From Octopus sinensis (lineage: Eukaryota): a stretch of 64,000 nucleotides of DNA. Shown piece by piece: positions 35,847-47,985 of this stretch. Both the position numbers and the translations under genes were made by a program. Position 1 is the first letter of the stretch. Each line of letters begins with the position of its first letter. The notes beneath the pieces were generated by a model that ran no database searches, was not told the DNA's origin, and was given only the letters and a program-made list of their open reading frames with translations. The stretch spans positions 17,174,001-17,238,000 of the forward strand of contig NC_043009.1 of the NCBI RefSeq assembly GCF_006345805.1, given 5' to 3'.

Positions 35847-36369
35847 CCCCCACATACATTTCACAGAGTAATCTGAATGCTGAAGATGGAACTGGAGCCA
35901 TTATTGTCGTGACATCAGTGTGGATAGAGATGTTGCATGCTTGTGAATCAATGGTTGTAGTGTGTTGCTGAGTAAGCACTTGTCTGTTGCTAGATAACCT
36001 CCAGACAGATTTGTTATGTATTGTACAGCTGTACCGTACTAACAGTACTCAACAGCTGAAGTCTGTTTATTCCTTTCTACTGACTACAATTACACCACCA
36101 CCACAGTAGGGGTATACACCCAAGCCACCGTCTCAGTTACTCACTTCATAGCATTATAGTCTATCTAATATATATTTCTTTACTACCCACAAGGGGCTAA
36201 ACATAGAGGGGACAAACAAGGACAGACGAACGGATTAAGCCGATTACACCGACCCCAGTGTGAGACTGGTACTTTATTTATCGACCCCGAAAGGATAAAA
36301 GGCAAAGTCGACTTCGGCAGGAATAAAGAGACGTTTTACGTTTATATATTTCCATTGCTTACAAATGAT

Positions 36370-36600
36370 TTGGTTCTTCAAGACTGTCAATGTTTTCCAA
36401 GAATAGTAACTAGTTGATGGCTGTCAGGAAAACATGTGCAGGTAAAGAATTCCAGATGGTTGACATTCTAGGGAGGAGGTAATGAGGTGTTTCAAGGTGA
36501 GATGAGAGTAGGAGAGACTGATAAGTCAGGAGTACCTGAGTGGTTGTATGAGACCAGTCAGCTTTGGGGAAAGGTCACAATGTCACTGTGGTTGTCTGAC
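36370..36600 (-). mobile_element. L2/Jockey-group LINE 3' remnant
   Basis: Minus strand ...LPRMSTIWNSLPAHVFPDSHQL, the typical 'WNSLP..VF' end of CR1/L2/Jockey ORF2. Confidence 0.6.
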
Positions 36601-37339
36601 CTTCTCAGTAGAGCAGCTAATTTATTTTTGCATCGCAATCTTTGAACAACAACAGCATTAGTTACAGGTTTTTGTTGGGTCATTTACAGGTTCACTGCAT
36701 TTCTGATGGGGAAAATGACAAGGGCCCGTCACTAGTTTTTTCCATTTTTCATCAGTATACATCAGCAAAATGCATACACACCCACACAAGCGCACACATA
36801 CAGGTATGTGTTTATTCTATGCATGTGCAGATAACGTCATCATCTTCATCCTAATGCAATATCCGTCTTCCCTGCTAGCAAGTGACAGGAAGACTGCATT
36901 AAGCTCCAACGTCTGTATTGTCATAGTTGCAACAGCTGGCTGCCCTCCTGAATGCCAACTGTTTAACAGAATTTGATGACACTAACAATAGTGAGTTTGC
37001 CAAGTAACTTGCAAGATAAAGAAAAAGTCACCTGAAGTGAGTGGGGTTGTAGCAGAGAGTGGGGTGAGGGGTTATGCCAGATGTTGAGAAACTAAAGTAT
37101 GATAGAGAAACAGGTATGGGTGTCTTGCTGTAGAAGATATACATGGTTACTTCACATTATTCAAGGGTGAGTGGGAGTAACTGGAAAGATAAAAATGGAA
37201 GTGACAAGGTATCAAAGCAAACTGATGGCACTGGAAGATGGGTATAAGAGAATGGATGGAAGGGTAGGTTTATAAGAGTGTGAGAAGAGAGTGATATGCA
37301 TTTAGTGATGGAAGTAGAGATGAATGTGGTGATGATGAA

Positions 37340-37520
37340 CAATGGTGAACCCCAATTTCTGGCCTCCTAATTCCCCTAATTGTAATCCCATCTGTGGGAC
37401 ATGGTTGAGAAAGACACCAACTACTACACCAAAGCTGAGTTGGTGGCCAAGATCAAGGAGGGTTTTGAAGATCTCTCTAGTGACACAGTGAGCAATGCAT
37501 GTTCCATCTCTCAGCCATAA
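37340..37520 (+). mobile_element. maT-like transposase fragment
   Basis: PNFWPPNSPNCNP...VEKDTN..TKAELVAKIKEGFEDL..DTVSNACS. Confidence 0.65.
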
Positions 37521-38299
37521 TCAGGCCTGATATTTTTTTATTTTTTGGATGGGATATTGTTTCCTTTTCTTTTTATGCCAACTGTCAAATTTAGCCCAAG
37601 CACCTTGTACGTGTGTGTGTGTGTATAAAGTGATGGTTCGTTGCCAACTTAATGTGGCAGTTCCTGTGTTATTACTCAATCTGAGATTATGGTTAGGAGA
37701 AGTTTGCATGAGGTGCAATGCAATGGGATTGAACCCAAAAACATAAGATTGTGATGCAAATACCCTTGCTCCATCTTCATGCCTGTGTCCATACAGCTTA
37801 CTCACAATAAAATGCTGTCTTTAAAACTATGATTTGCACATTTTTAAGTCCTGAATTCTTGAAGAAGATGTCCCAAATTAGAGAAAAGTTGATGACCTAA
37901 ATTATAATGGTGACTGATTATTAAAGTTCAAACCAGAACTGAGATCCTATGGACATCTTGTACCAGGATATTGGGAGTTTTGAACTCAAGTATTTGTCCT
38001 TTCGTATTTTATCAGTTATCACCATGATATAGATTTTCTTTTCAATTAGCAGAAATTCAGTGTAATTACAAGAACTGATGAGCAACCTTAATTACTCACC
38101 ACACCACCACAATTCACATCAATATAAACCCAGCCTATAGCTAGTGAATATCTTACCTGTTGTTGTCAACAAAGATTTTAAGCACAACAATATGAACTAA
38201 GAAAAGGAATGTAAAACATTCCTACTCTTTCATCAACAGCATAGACAACTAAGGGTGATGGGTAAAAAGGGGTTTTAGTGCAGTTGTTGTGATGAAGTT

Positions 38300-38300
38300 G

Positions 38301-38368
<68 letters not shown>

Positions 38369-38489
38369 TGCAGCAGCAGCAGCAGCAGCAGCAGTGGGGG
38401 TGGTGGTCAAACTCATGTTTTCTAATAAAATATTTTTCCAAATTTTTCACAAGAATTACTTTTGCTAGTTGTTACAGCAACAACTGCAA

Positions 38490-38527
<38 letters not shown>

Positions 38528-38550
38528 ATAGTAGTAGTGGTAGTTGTTGT
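38300..38550. repeat. (TAG)n-(CAG)n and second (TAG)n microsatellites
   Basis: Direct observation. Confidence 0.95.
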
Positions 38551-38729
38551 TAAACTGTCATGTTTTCTTATAAAAGTGATAAATTAAATGGGAAAGTTGT
38601 CATTGAGTAATAATTGTCTGATTAATTATAGCAATTAACTTATTAAGGGAATTGACAATTATGGATTTGCAGTTTTTTCGTTTTTTATTTTATGAGAGGT
38701 GGGGTTGAAAATTTGTTTTTAAATACCTA

Positions 38730-38877
38730 ACACAACATCATCATCATCATGATAATCATCATCATCGAGTTGTTATCAATGTCATTTACATCATAATCAG
38801 GGTTTTCATCAACATTACAATTATCATCACTCTCATTGTCATCATTGTCACTACTGGTGCAAATATTCAATCATCAT

Positions 38878-38916
<39 letters not shown>

Positions 38917-39910
38917 GGTCATCATCATCACTACTCTTGAAATTTCAGTTATTTTAGAAGGTCATGCTGATGATGATGACAATCATCTTCATTATTAACA
39001 CTTCCATCATCATCATCCTTTTCATTGTTGTTGTTATTGCTGATATTGTGATCATTCGATTTATCATCTTCATGATTATTACTTTCATCCTTCTTATCAT
39101 CCCAGCTACCAACAATAACAACATCACCACCACCACCTTCGTTTTTTTATCGTTATCACTGATGTTGTTGTCATCTTCATTGTGATCACTGTCATCATCA
39201 TTGGCATTGTTGTTGTTGTCATTGTTATCACCATCATCATCATCATTGTTGGCAGCATCAACATCAGTATCATCATCATCCTCTTCTTCTTCACCATCAT
39301 CAACCTCATCCCCGTTTTCTTCATCATCACCAGCATCACCACTATCATCGTTTTCATCATCACTAACATTATCACCATCATCACCATCACCATCATCACC
39401 ATCATCATCATCACCATCAACATCATTATCATCACCATCTTCATCATCATCATCATGCTACTATGTTGATGCTGGTGAAATACATACACATTTTTCATCT
39501 CTTTCCAAAAAACTTTATCATATTTTTATCTTTCTTACTCACTGCATCTTTAATTTTAATGAAACTTTTTATATATTTTTTGGTTTCCTATTGAAAGAAA
39601 AACGTTTTTTTTGTATTTTTAATGAAATAAATTACTTTTGATGTTGAGCAAAATCTGAACAAAAATTAGAACCATTGTCAGCACTGCTACTGCCACCACT
39701 ACAACTACTACTACTGCTACCACCACCACCACCACCACCACCACTACCACTGCTATCAATACCATATTTACTACCACCACCCCTACTATTACCCCTTTAC
39801 TACTCCTGTTACCACCACACCCTCAACACTTTAACCAACCCCACAGCTTCCACCACTCCTTCTCTACCCTGCACTGCCACCCTGCCCTCATCACCACCAC
39901 TATGACCAAT
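38730..39910. repeat. Decayed (CAT)n tract followed by (CTA)/(CAC) tract
   Basis: Triplet periodicity with heavy substitution; similar tracts at 48060-48270, 49025-49165 and 57790-58390. Confidence 0.9.
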
Positions 39911-40793
39911 ACCACTATTCTGATACCACCATATTCCAACAACTTCTTAAAACAGCCATATCTGGAGGTCTGATCAAAATACCTTATTTCAAATGTGATT
40001 TGGCCTGAATTCTCCACCCTCTCTTCTTTCTCCCCAACCCCACCAGCTTTCCTTCACAAATTATATTTCAAATATCTAATCAAATTATCTTTGTAACCCT
40101 CTCCAACAAACTTCCACCCCACCCCCACCCCATGTACCCTTTACTATTTAAGTATATAGTCCCTTCATTGGGTCATGTGACACATTGCCTTAGAGATTTG
40201 AAGGAGACATTTGTGAATGTTTGCTAGACACACAAATAGTGCTGCTTTCCCCTCAAGATGCAACCAGCAACAGCATATCCGGAACGAGGGTCACAGGAAC
40301 CAGCAAAACTCAACAGTTGCACCCTCACATGTGCACTCTACCCAAGCTGCTTCTGCCCAGAAAAGTTTACTCCCTAAAACAATCCACGTCTATTGTGTTT
40401 GATGTCCCAATGAAGAAAGGGGTTGTCCAAAGACCCATCTTCTTGATGTGACATCACTTCCCCTTGCTTCCAGTCCCATCATCACTCTTCCCTCATCCCC
40501 TTCCTGATCAGGTAGGAACAGACTGGACAGCGAGTATGCCCATAACACACTTTTCTACTCTAGACACAAGGCCTGAATTTTTGGGGGAGGGGCCCAGTTG
40601 ATTAGATCAACCCCAGTATGCAACTGGTGCTTAATTTATTGACCCTGAAAGGATGAAAGGCAAAGACGACCTTGACGGAATTTGAACTCAGAACATGAAG
40701 ACAGACAAAATATCGCTAAGCATTTTGTCTGGCTTGCTAGCGTTTCTGCCAGCTCACCACCTTATGCACAACACACTCTAATACAGCACTATA

Positions 40794-41671
40794 CGAGGTG
40801 GTATCAAAAAGTTCTGGGACTAGTTCTGTAGCACACCAACAGATGGCAGCACATGGTTGTGGGCACAGTGAGAGCTAGCAGTGACCTTCATGAGACAGTG
40901 TGCCGAGTGACATTGCAGTGTTGACTTTGCAAGTTGTGGAATTTGTGTTTTTGTGATGTGTATGCTGTAGTTTGTAATTTCTGTCATAGACTGGAAGTTG
41001 CAACAAAGAGGCATCTTGAAATTTTGCATTAAACTTGGGAAGTCTGCTACAGAGACATTATGCATGCTTTGGCAAGCTTACAGGGACAAGGCAATGGGTT
41101 GTGCCCAATGTTTCAGATAGCACAAGCACTTCAAAAGTGGAAGAACATCCCCGAAAAACAAAGAGTGATGTGGGAGATCTGCTACGAGCATCAGCCTCAG
41201 GAAATGTGGATCATCAGAGGACAGTCAATGGCATTTGGAAGCACTCGAGGGAGGAGATTTGGCTAAAGCGATGGATCTGTGGAGCACAAGGAATTCGATT
41301 CTTCATCACAACAATGCGCCTTGTCACTGAGCACTCCTCACTTGTGAGTTTCTTGCCAAAAACAATATGGTAACACTTCTGCATCTGCCCTATCCACTAG
41401 ATTTAGCAACTGTGGACTTTCGTTCCTTCCCCAGATGAAAATGTTGCTCAAAAGTCACTTTTTTTTGCACTGTTGTCAAGATACAGAGCAAATCACAGAA
41501 TGTCCTCGACTTACAGAAAACGACTTCCAGTCCAAAAGTGGCAGAAATGCTAGGACCGGTGTTATTGCTTTGTAAGGTGACTATTTTGAAGGAAATGATG
41601 TTAAACCTTAGATGAATATGTTATTTTTTTATTAAACATAACTAGTCTGGGAACATTACGATACCACCTTG
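40794..41671 (+). mobile_element. Internally deleted DD34D mariner element
   Basis: TIR cgaggtggtatcaaaaagttctgggactagt / actagtctgggaacattacgataccaccttg, TA at 40792-93. Remnants QRGILKFCIKLGKSATET..FKSGRTS (HTH) and LHHNNAPCH*..FLAKNNMVTLLHLPYPLDLATVDF (34-residue spacing). Confidence 0.85.
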
Positions 41672-42077
41672 AAAGCAACACTATAAGCAGCTATGGCTAT
41701 TTTGGTCAGTTGTTGTTGCTTAGTGCTAATTCAGCCTTTAATGAACTGAATTAGAATCAAAGGTTTATGAATATCCTGTCTTTTCTTTGGACATTTTCTT
41801 TGAACATTTGAACATTTTTGTTTCTGCGAACATCCTAGCTATTTCTATCTTAGTCAGATTCTATCTAGTTCTACATATCCTAATGTGTCCATACTTTAAG
41901 AAGGCCTTTTATAATTTTTCTAAGACTTAGCAGGTTGTGTGACCACTTGGAGGCTCCCTTCCTGGCACAGTAGTGGTCAGTCATCAAAAATAATATCATA
42001 CTCACAGATTTATCTAAAAGACAAACAAGAAAGAAGGAAAAGAGTCTAAGCCAAAACAAATTCTAAAATGTACTTAC

Positions 42078-42233
42078 CTTCACATGGAATGTTGTCAGGT
42101 GGACTTCCTTGGTAACCTTCATTACAGAAGCAATCTTTAATTGAGGTTTTCAATGGACCATCTGTGTGGGAGGAGTTGGGACATTGAACACAGATAACAT
42201 CAGTCTTTGAACGGTATGTGTTCCGCAGGCAAC
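42078..42233 (-). CDS. Exon A of a multi-EGF extracellular protein: ephrin-receptor-like / GCC2-GCC3 cysteine-rich module
   Basis: Acceptor aattcttcag, donor AG|gtaagt, 156 nt, phase 1-1. Translates xCLRNTYRSKTDVICVQCPNSSHTDGPLKTSIKDCFCNEGYQGSPPDNIPCE, matching the C-x3-Y...CxxCP...TS..DCxC..GY pattern. Confidence 0.9.
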
Positions 42234-42933
42234 CTGAAGAATTATTGTAAAAAGGAATCGGTAAATATCAGCCATCTCATGTCTAATATTTTCTGAGATA
42301 TAAATGTTAGTGGAGGAGGAACAGAAAGTAGAGGGAGAGGGGGAGAAAGATGGGGAGGGAGGGAGACAGTGTGAATAACAACACCTTTATTAGAATGGGC
42401 TTTGATTTTATGTGTGTGTGTGTATGTGTGTGTGTGTGTATGTGTGTGTGTGTGTGCATGTGTGGATGTGCGCGTGTGTGTGTGTATTTAAACATTTTGT
42501 ATCATCTATCTGGATGTTTTGCGTTCTTGCCCCATTCTGCAGTCTAGATCTTAACACACTACAGATGGGTATAAAAGAAAGATATAAATTATATTCAGCA
42601 GTATATTTTTATGAGTGTGGATTGGTATTGGACTTGCGATGTTGCTGGTCACGTGCATACTTTGAAATACTCGTGAAGTTAAATGGAATACTATGCTGAT
42701 GCAAAACAGTGAGTAAAATAATTTTTTAATTTCAGTTCGAAACACATTCATAGTTAAGCAGCCTTATTGATTCATTATTTTTCATTTGCTTGCCTACAGT
42801 AAAGTGTTATTCTCGGAGATTTTAAGGTAGTAAAAAGGAGTTTGGTGTCTATTTCTTGCAGTGCATGGTGAGGCATAAAGCCGATCCCTTGTTATAATTA
42901 TGCATATAATTACAAAATATTTTATACACACAT

Positions 42934-42999
<66 letters not shown>

Positions 43000-43038
43000 G
43001 TATATATCCTTTTCCTTCCTACTCTAGGCACAAGGCCT

Positions 43039-43092
<54 letters not shown>

Positions 43093-43277
43093 TAATGCTC
43101 GTTGCTTAGTTTTTCTTGGAGGGCTGGCCGTGATCTAGTAATCTCAAGATTAATCAGCCGAAATTACTACGATGATCCGGTTCTTGACTGAAGACTGAGG
43201 GTTTCGAATGTCCTGTCCGTGTTTATTGTATCGTCTTCTAAGAGTTATACGTTCTTGTCCATGTTGTATTTTTCTAC

Positions 43278-43328
<51 letters not shown>

Positions 43329-43576
43329 TTTTCCTTTCTACTATAGATAAATATGTAATTTTTTTTAAACATAACTATTCTGGGAACATTTTGATGATAC
43401 CACCTTGCAAGCAACTCTATAAGCAGCTATGGCTATTGTGGTCAGTTGTTGTTGTTGTTTAGTGCATATAATGTGTGGTAAGAGACCCTGTGAGACCTCT
43501 GGCTGTGGGCTGCTGTCCACTCTCCAAGTATCTACCAGAACAAGCAAGACTGAACATTCTGAGAAGTAAAACGATA

Positions 43577-43610
<34 letters not shown>

Positions 43611-43935
43611 GAATAAAACTTATATATAAAGAACGTGAAATTCACGAATTGACAAACACGGAAAAACGGACAGTAATTCAGAGCCTTCATTCTTCAGTCA
43701 GAAACCGTTTCATCATGGCAAATTTCGGCTGTTTAATTCTGAGATTTGCTCCGAAAAGGCCAGCCCCAAGGAAAAGCTAAGCTATGGGCATTAGATTTGC
43801 TTGGTAGAAGGAAAGAATGTGACAACCGAGACGAATAGGAAAACAAGAGACGAAGATAAACTTGGAAACAGTAACGAATAAAAACAGGAATGATACGGGG
43901 GCGTCTTACGACTTTGAGACAAAACGAGACAAAAC

Positions 43936-44000
<65 letters not shown>

Positions 44001-44064
44001 GTATATATATATGTATGTATATATATACAGACAGACAGCTAGATAGATAGATAGATAGATAGAT

Positions 44065-44113
<49 letters not shown>

Positions 44114-44986
44114 CAAATAGATAGCTTATAATGTGTGGTAAGAGACCCTGTGAGACCTCTGGCTTCGGGCTGCTGTCCATTCTCCAAGAATCTACCAGAA
44201 CAAACAAGTCTGAACATTCTGAGAAGTAAAACAACAATACGCAGTGGGAATGAACCCAGGACCATGTAGTTGGTAAGCAAGCTACTTACCACACAGCCAC
44301 TCCTGCACCTATGTGTGTATGTGTGTGTGTGTGTTTATGTGTTTCTCTGTGTGTGTGTGCAGTGACATGGTGTCTTTATTAATATTGCCGGACAGATGCT
44401 TCATGCTGTCCTGCTCGCTTGGCTGTTACGACATCATCAGTCTGACTAAAACTCTCGCTGTCAGGAGTGACTCAAAATTATGACCTTGTTCTCACTTTGT
44501 CATTGAATGAGCGTTTTTCTCTTTGACATTTCATTAGTCATTGTTCATCACTCACATCTATTAACTTGTTTGCACAGAAATATTCAGATCAAATCCTAGA
44601 GCCACTTCCTCCGATTGAATTGGTATAATTGATAGGAAAGTTTTATCTATCTATAAGAGAAAATCCCATCATCTGGTTGAATCCATGTGTCAGCGTCTCT
44701 CAACCATTCCTACTGCATTCTTTCTCATTACTTTCATAATTCATGTCCAAGACACCATCACTCCAACACACACATGCTAATGAAAAAATAAACTTTCTCG
44801 CAGTGATTCAAACAGATTCTCAAAATATAGGCACAGGAGTGGCTGTGCGGTAAGATGTTTGCATCCCAGTGACATGGTTCAGGGTTCAGTCACATTGCAC
44901 AGCACATTGGCCAAGTGTCATCTACCATAACCTTGGACCAAACAAAATCTTGTAAATGGATTTGATAGAAACAAGCCCATTATATG

Positions 44987-45034
<48 letters not shown>

Positions 45035-45680
45035 GAAATAATATATATATATATAATAATAATATAAAATATATATATATATCCATTTATACATACATAT
45101 TTGTACATACTTACATCTATACGTATATATATATATATGCATATGTGGGCACAGGACATCACAAAATGTGTACAACAAAAGGGATACGAAGTACGAGTAT
45201 ATGGAATATGAACTATTTTTTCAAACAACGAAAGACACAAATAGAAAATAAAACAAGCAAACATAAAGAATGATCCTTCATCAGTTGTTGGCTGTTTTTC
45301 TACTCTTGTATTTCGAGCATTTAACAACAATATACACTTTTGTTCGATAAAACAGTTGCTCCCGCAAAGCAAATTCAATAAAATTTGGGATTTTGCAGAG
45401 GGTCAAAATTGGTAACACAAACAGGACAGTGAAAACAAACCGGAAGGGCTGCTAAGCCTAAACGAGGTTGTGGTGGTGAACACGTAAATCAAGCTTGGAC
45501 AGTATATATATATATATATATATTAATTAATAATAATAAATATTAGGGAATAAATCCAAACTTACAGGGTATATTTTTTAATAATTTTGTTACATATTTA
45601 AATAATATAAATTAATCATATGTATTGGCTTAAGTCTTTCATTGTTTGATTTGCCTAATAGTGGTTTTGTCTCTAATTTA

Positions 45681-45719
<39 letters not shown>

Positions 45720-46426
45720 CATACATACATATATATGTATGTATATATGCATGTATGTATGTGTGTCTTTGTATCTGTGTTTGTCCCCACTACTGCTACT
45801 TGACAATTGGTGTTGGTGTGTTTACATCCCTGCAGTTCAGCAAAAAAGACTGATAGAAAAGGTACCAGGTTTAAAAAAAAAAGAATAAGTACTAGGTTCA
45901 ATTCATCCAACTAGAATTCCTCAATAGGATGCTCCAGTATGGCTACAGTCTAATAACTGAAACAAATAAAAGATAAAAGATATTGTCTCCAGTTTTTTTT
46001 TCTTTAAAGAAGCAATTTTACCTGTGATCCTAATTTTTAATTAACTTTGTCTGTTTTACATTTTCCTGTTCATCTGTGTTCATCTAATACACCCTTGCCA
46101 TCATCATCATCATGATTATCATCACCATCATCATTGCTTTTATGTCTACTTCTTCTATGTGCCAGCATGGGTTGGAGGAGACACAGTGAGATATTATTTC
46201 ATGGCCTGATGCCATTACTGTGGCCACCATTTGCCTATTTCTCAAACAGAGTATTCCACTGGACTTCACACATCAGAACCAACCAAACAGCCAAAATCAC
46301 CATCACCAAAAGAGTGTCAATGTGACGACACACAGAAATAATATGGAAATAAACACACATGCACATATAAATATACACATATGTATGTGTGTATGTGCAT
46401 GTGTGTGAATGTGTGCATGTGTATAC

Positions 46427-46459
<33 letters not shown>

Positions 46460-47026
46460 CATACATATGTATATATATATATACATATATCTTTATATAC
46501 ATATATATACATGTATGTACATGTGCATAATACATACATACATATATGTATATATATATATATATAAGCATACAGATATATATATGTATGTACTTATATA
46601 TACATGTGTGTATGTGGTTCTAGTTCAATCTTCCTTCCTTTCTCACCTAATTATCTCCCCTATATAATTTTATTTCCAAATTTATTTCCAATGTTTAATT
46701 CAATAATTTAATGATGTATGCTCTTTATCCTCCAAATAGATTTTTATTATATTTTCTTGTCTTTCAACCTGAATAGCCTTTTGTGTCAAATATTACTACA
46801 CTCTTACATTTATACACGCATGCACACATACGCATACACACACACACACACACACACACACAGAACACATACAATTTATACAAATACATATATGCTCATG
46901 CACATGCATGTATGTGTATGTAATATGATATAATGTAATATAAATTAATATAATATAATAATAAACATATACACACATACTCAAATAGTACATGTGTTTA
47001 TTTTACACACACACACACACACACAC

Positions 47027-47062
<36 letters not shown>

Positions 47063-47063
47063 A

Positions 47064-47276
47064 TGATGGGGTGCTGAAAAGTTGCTGGCTTTAAGGGTAT
47101 CATGAATGGTCTGGCTGGAAGCCTAACTTGATGAGTTCTTTGACAGGGCTTTGAAAAACTGAAGAACCACTGAAGAATGTGAATCTGTGAGGAGTGTATG
47201 TTGCATAAATTCATAGTTAACTGATCCTCCTGTATTTTCTTTTACCCAAAACAGGGAACTTTTTGGCACCCCTTCA
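47064..47276 (+). mobile_element. Mariner-derived MITE, second copy
   Basis: Collinear with 35628-35846; TIR ggggtgctgaaaagttg / aactttttggcacccct. Confidence 0.8.
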
Positions 47277-47699
47277 TATGTGTATACATATATATATACA
47301 TAAACGTCTGTAATCATTTTAACATCCAGTTTTCTATTTATGTATGAATCAGACAAGAATTATTGAGACAGATTTTCTACAACCAGTTGTTCTTCTTGTT
47401 GCCAAACAAGGTAATTTTTTTCTCTTAGAATGGACATGTTTTCACAGGTTCCTTATTATGTATAGACATAGCACAACCATCATATAAAATATATTAATAT
47501 TTTATGTATAGTTTTACATAAAAAGAATCAAGAGTCACTCAATGGTTTAGGTGGAGTATCACATTTATTTTTTCCAGGAAAATGTTGACAGTGATTTTGA
47601 AGTTTCTCTTGTTGTTCAGTAATCAGACTGCACAATCACAGTCAACCTTTTCTTTGTAAGTATCATCATTATCATTATTGTCATCATCATTTAATGTCT

Positions 47700-47735
47700 A
47701 TGTTCTCTGCTGGTATGGGTTATGTGTGTGTGTGT

Positions 47736-47805
<70 letters not shown>

Positions 47806-47891
47806 GTGTGTGTGTGTGTGTGTGTGTGCTTATGTATGCTTATGTGTTTTTACACATATATATATATATAGACATAGATATAGATATAGAT

Positions 47892-47968
<77 letters not shown>

Positions 47969-47985
47969 CAGATAGATAGATATAA
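47700..47985. repeat. (TG)n and (TAGA)n microsatellites
   Basis: Direct observation. Other large tracts: 35317-35430, 42400-42485, 42935-43095, 43920-44125, 44990-45140, 46380-46600, 51555-51660, 56890-57330, 60270-60520, 61330-61535. Confidence 0.95.

Noticed and set aside
38157-38196. 40-nt minus-strand segment with strong acceptor (ttccttttcttag) and donor (CAG|gtaaga)
   Set aside because: Not a multiple of 3, no cysteine motif, and exons A and B already join in frame. At most a cryptic or poison exon; needs RNA-seq.
39150-39460. About 100-codon Asp/Glu/Gly/Asn-rich open frame on the minus strand resembling an acidic biomineral protein (similar at 57790-58150)
   Set aside because: It is a decayed (GAT)n tract; no single substitution of GAT makes a stop, so long open frames are expected. 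No convincing splice sites or start.
45180-45480. Minus-strand CTGATGAAGG in a CpG-containing repeat-like segment, possibly Penelope-related
   Set aside because: No paired stem II plus GAAAC was found and the translation is not diagnostic; left unassigned.
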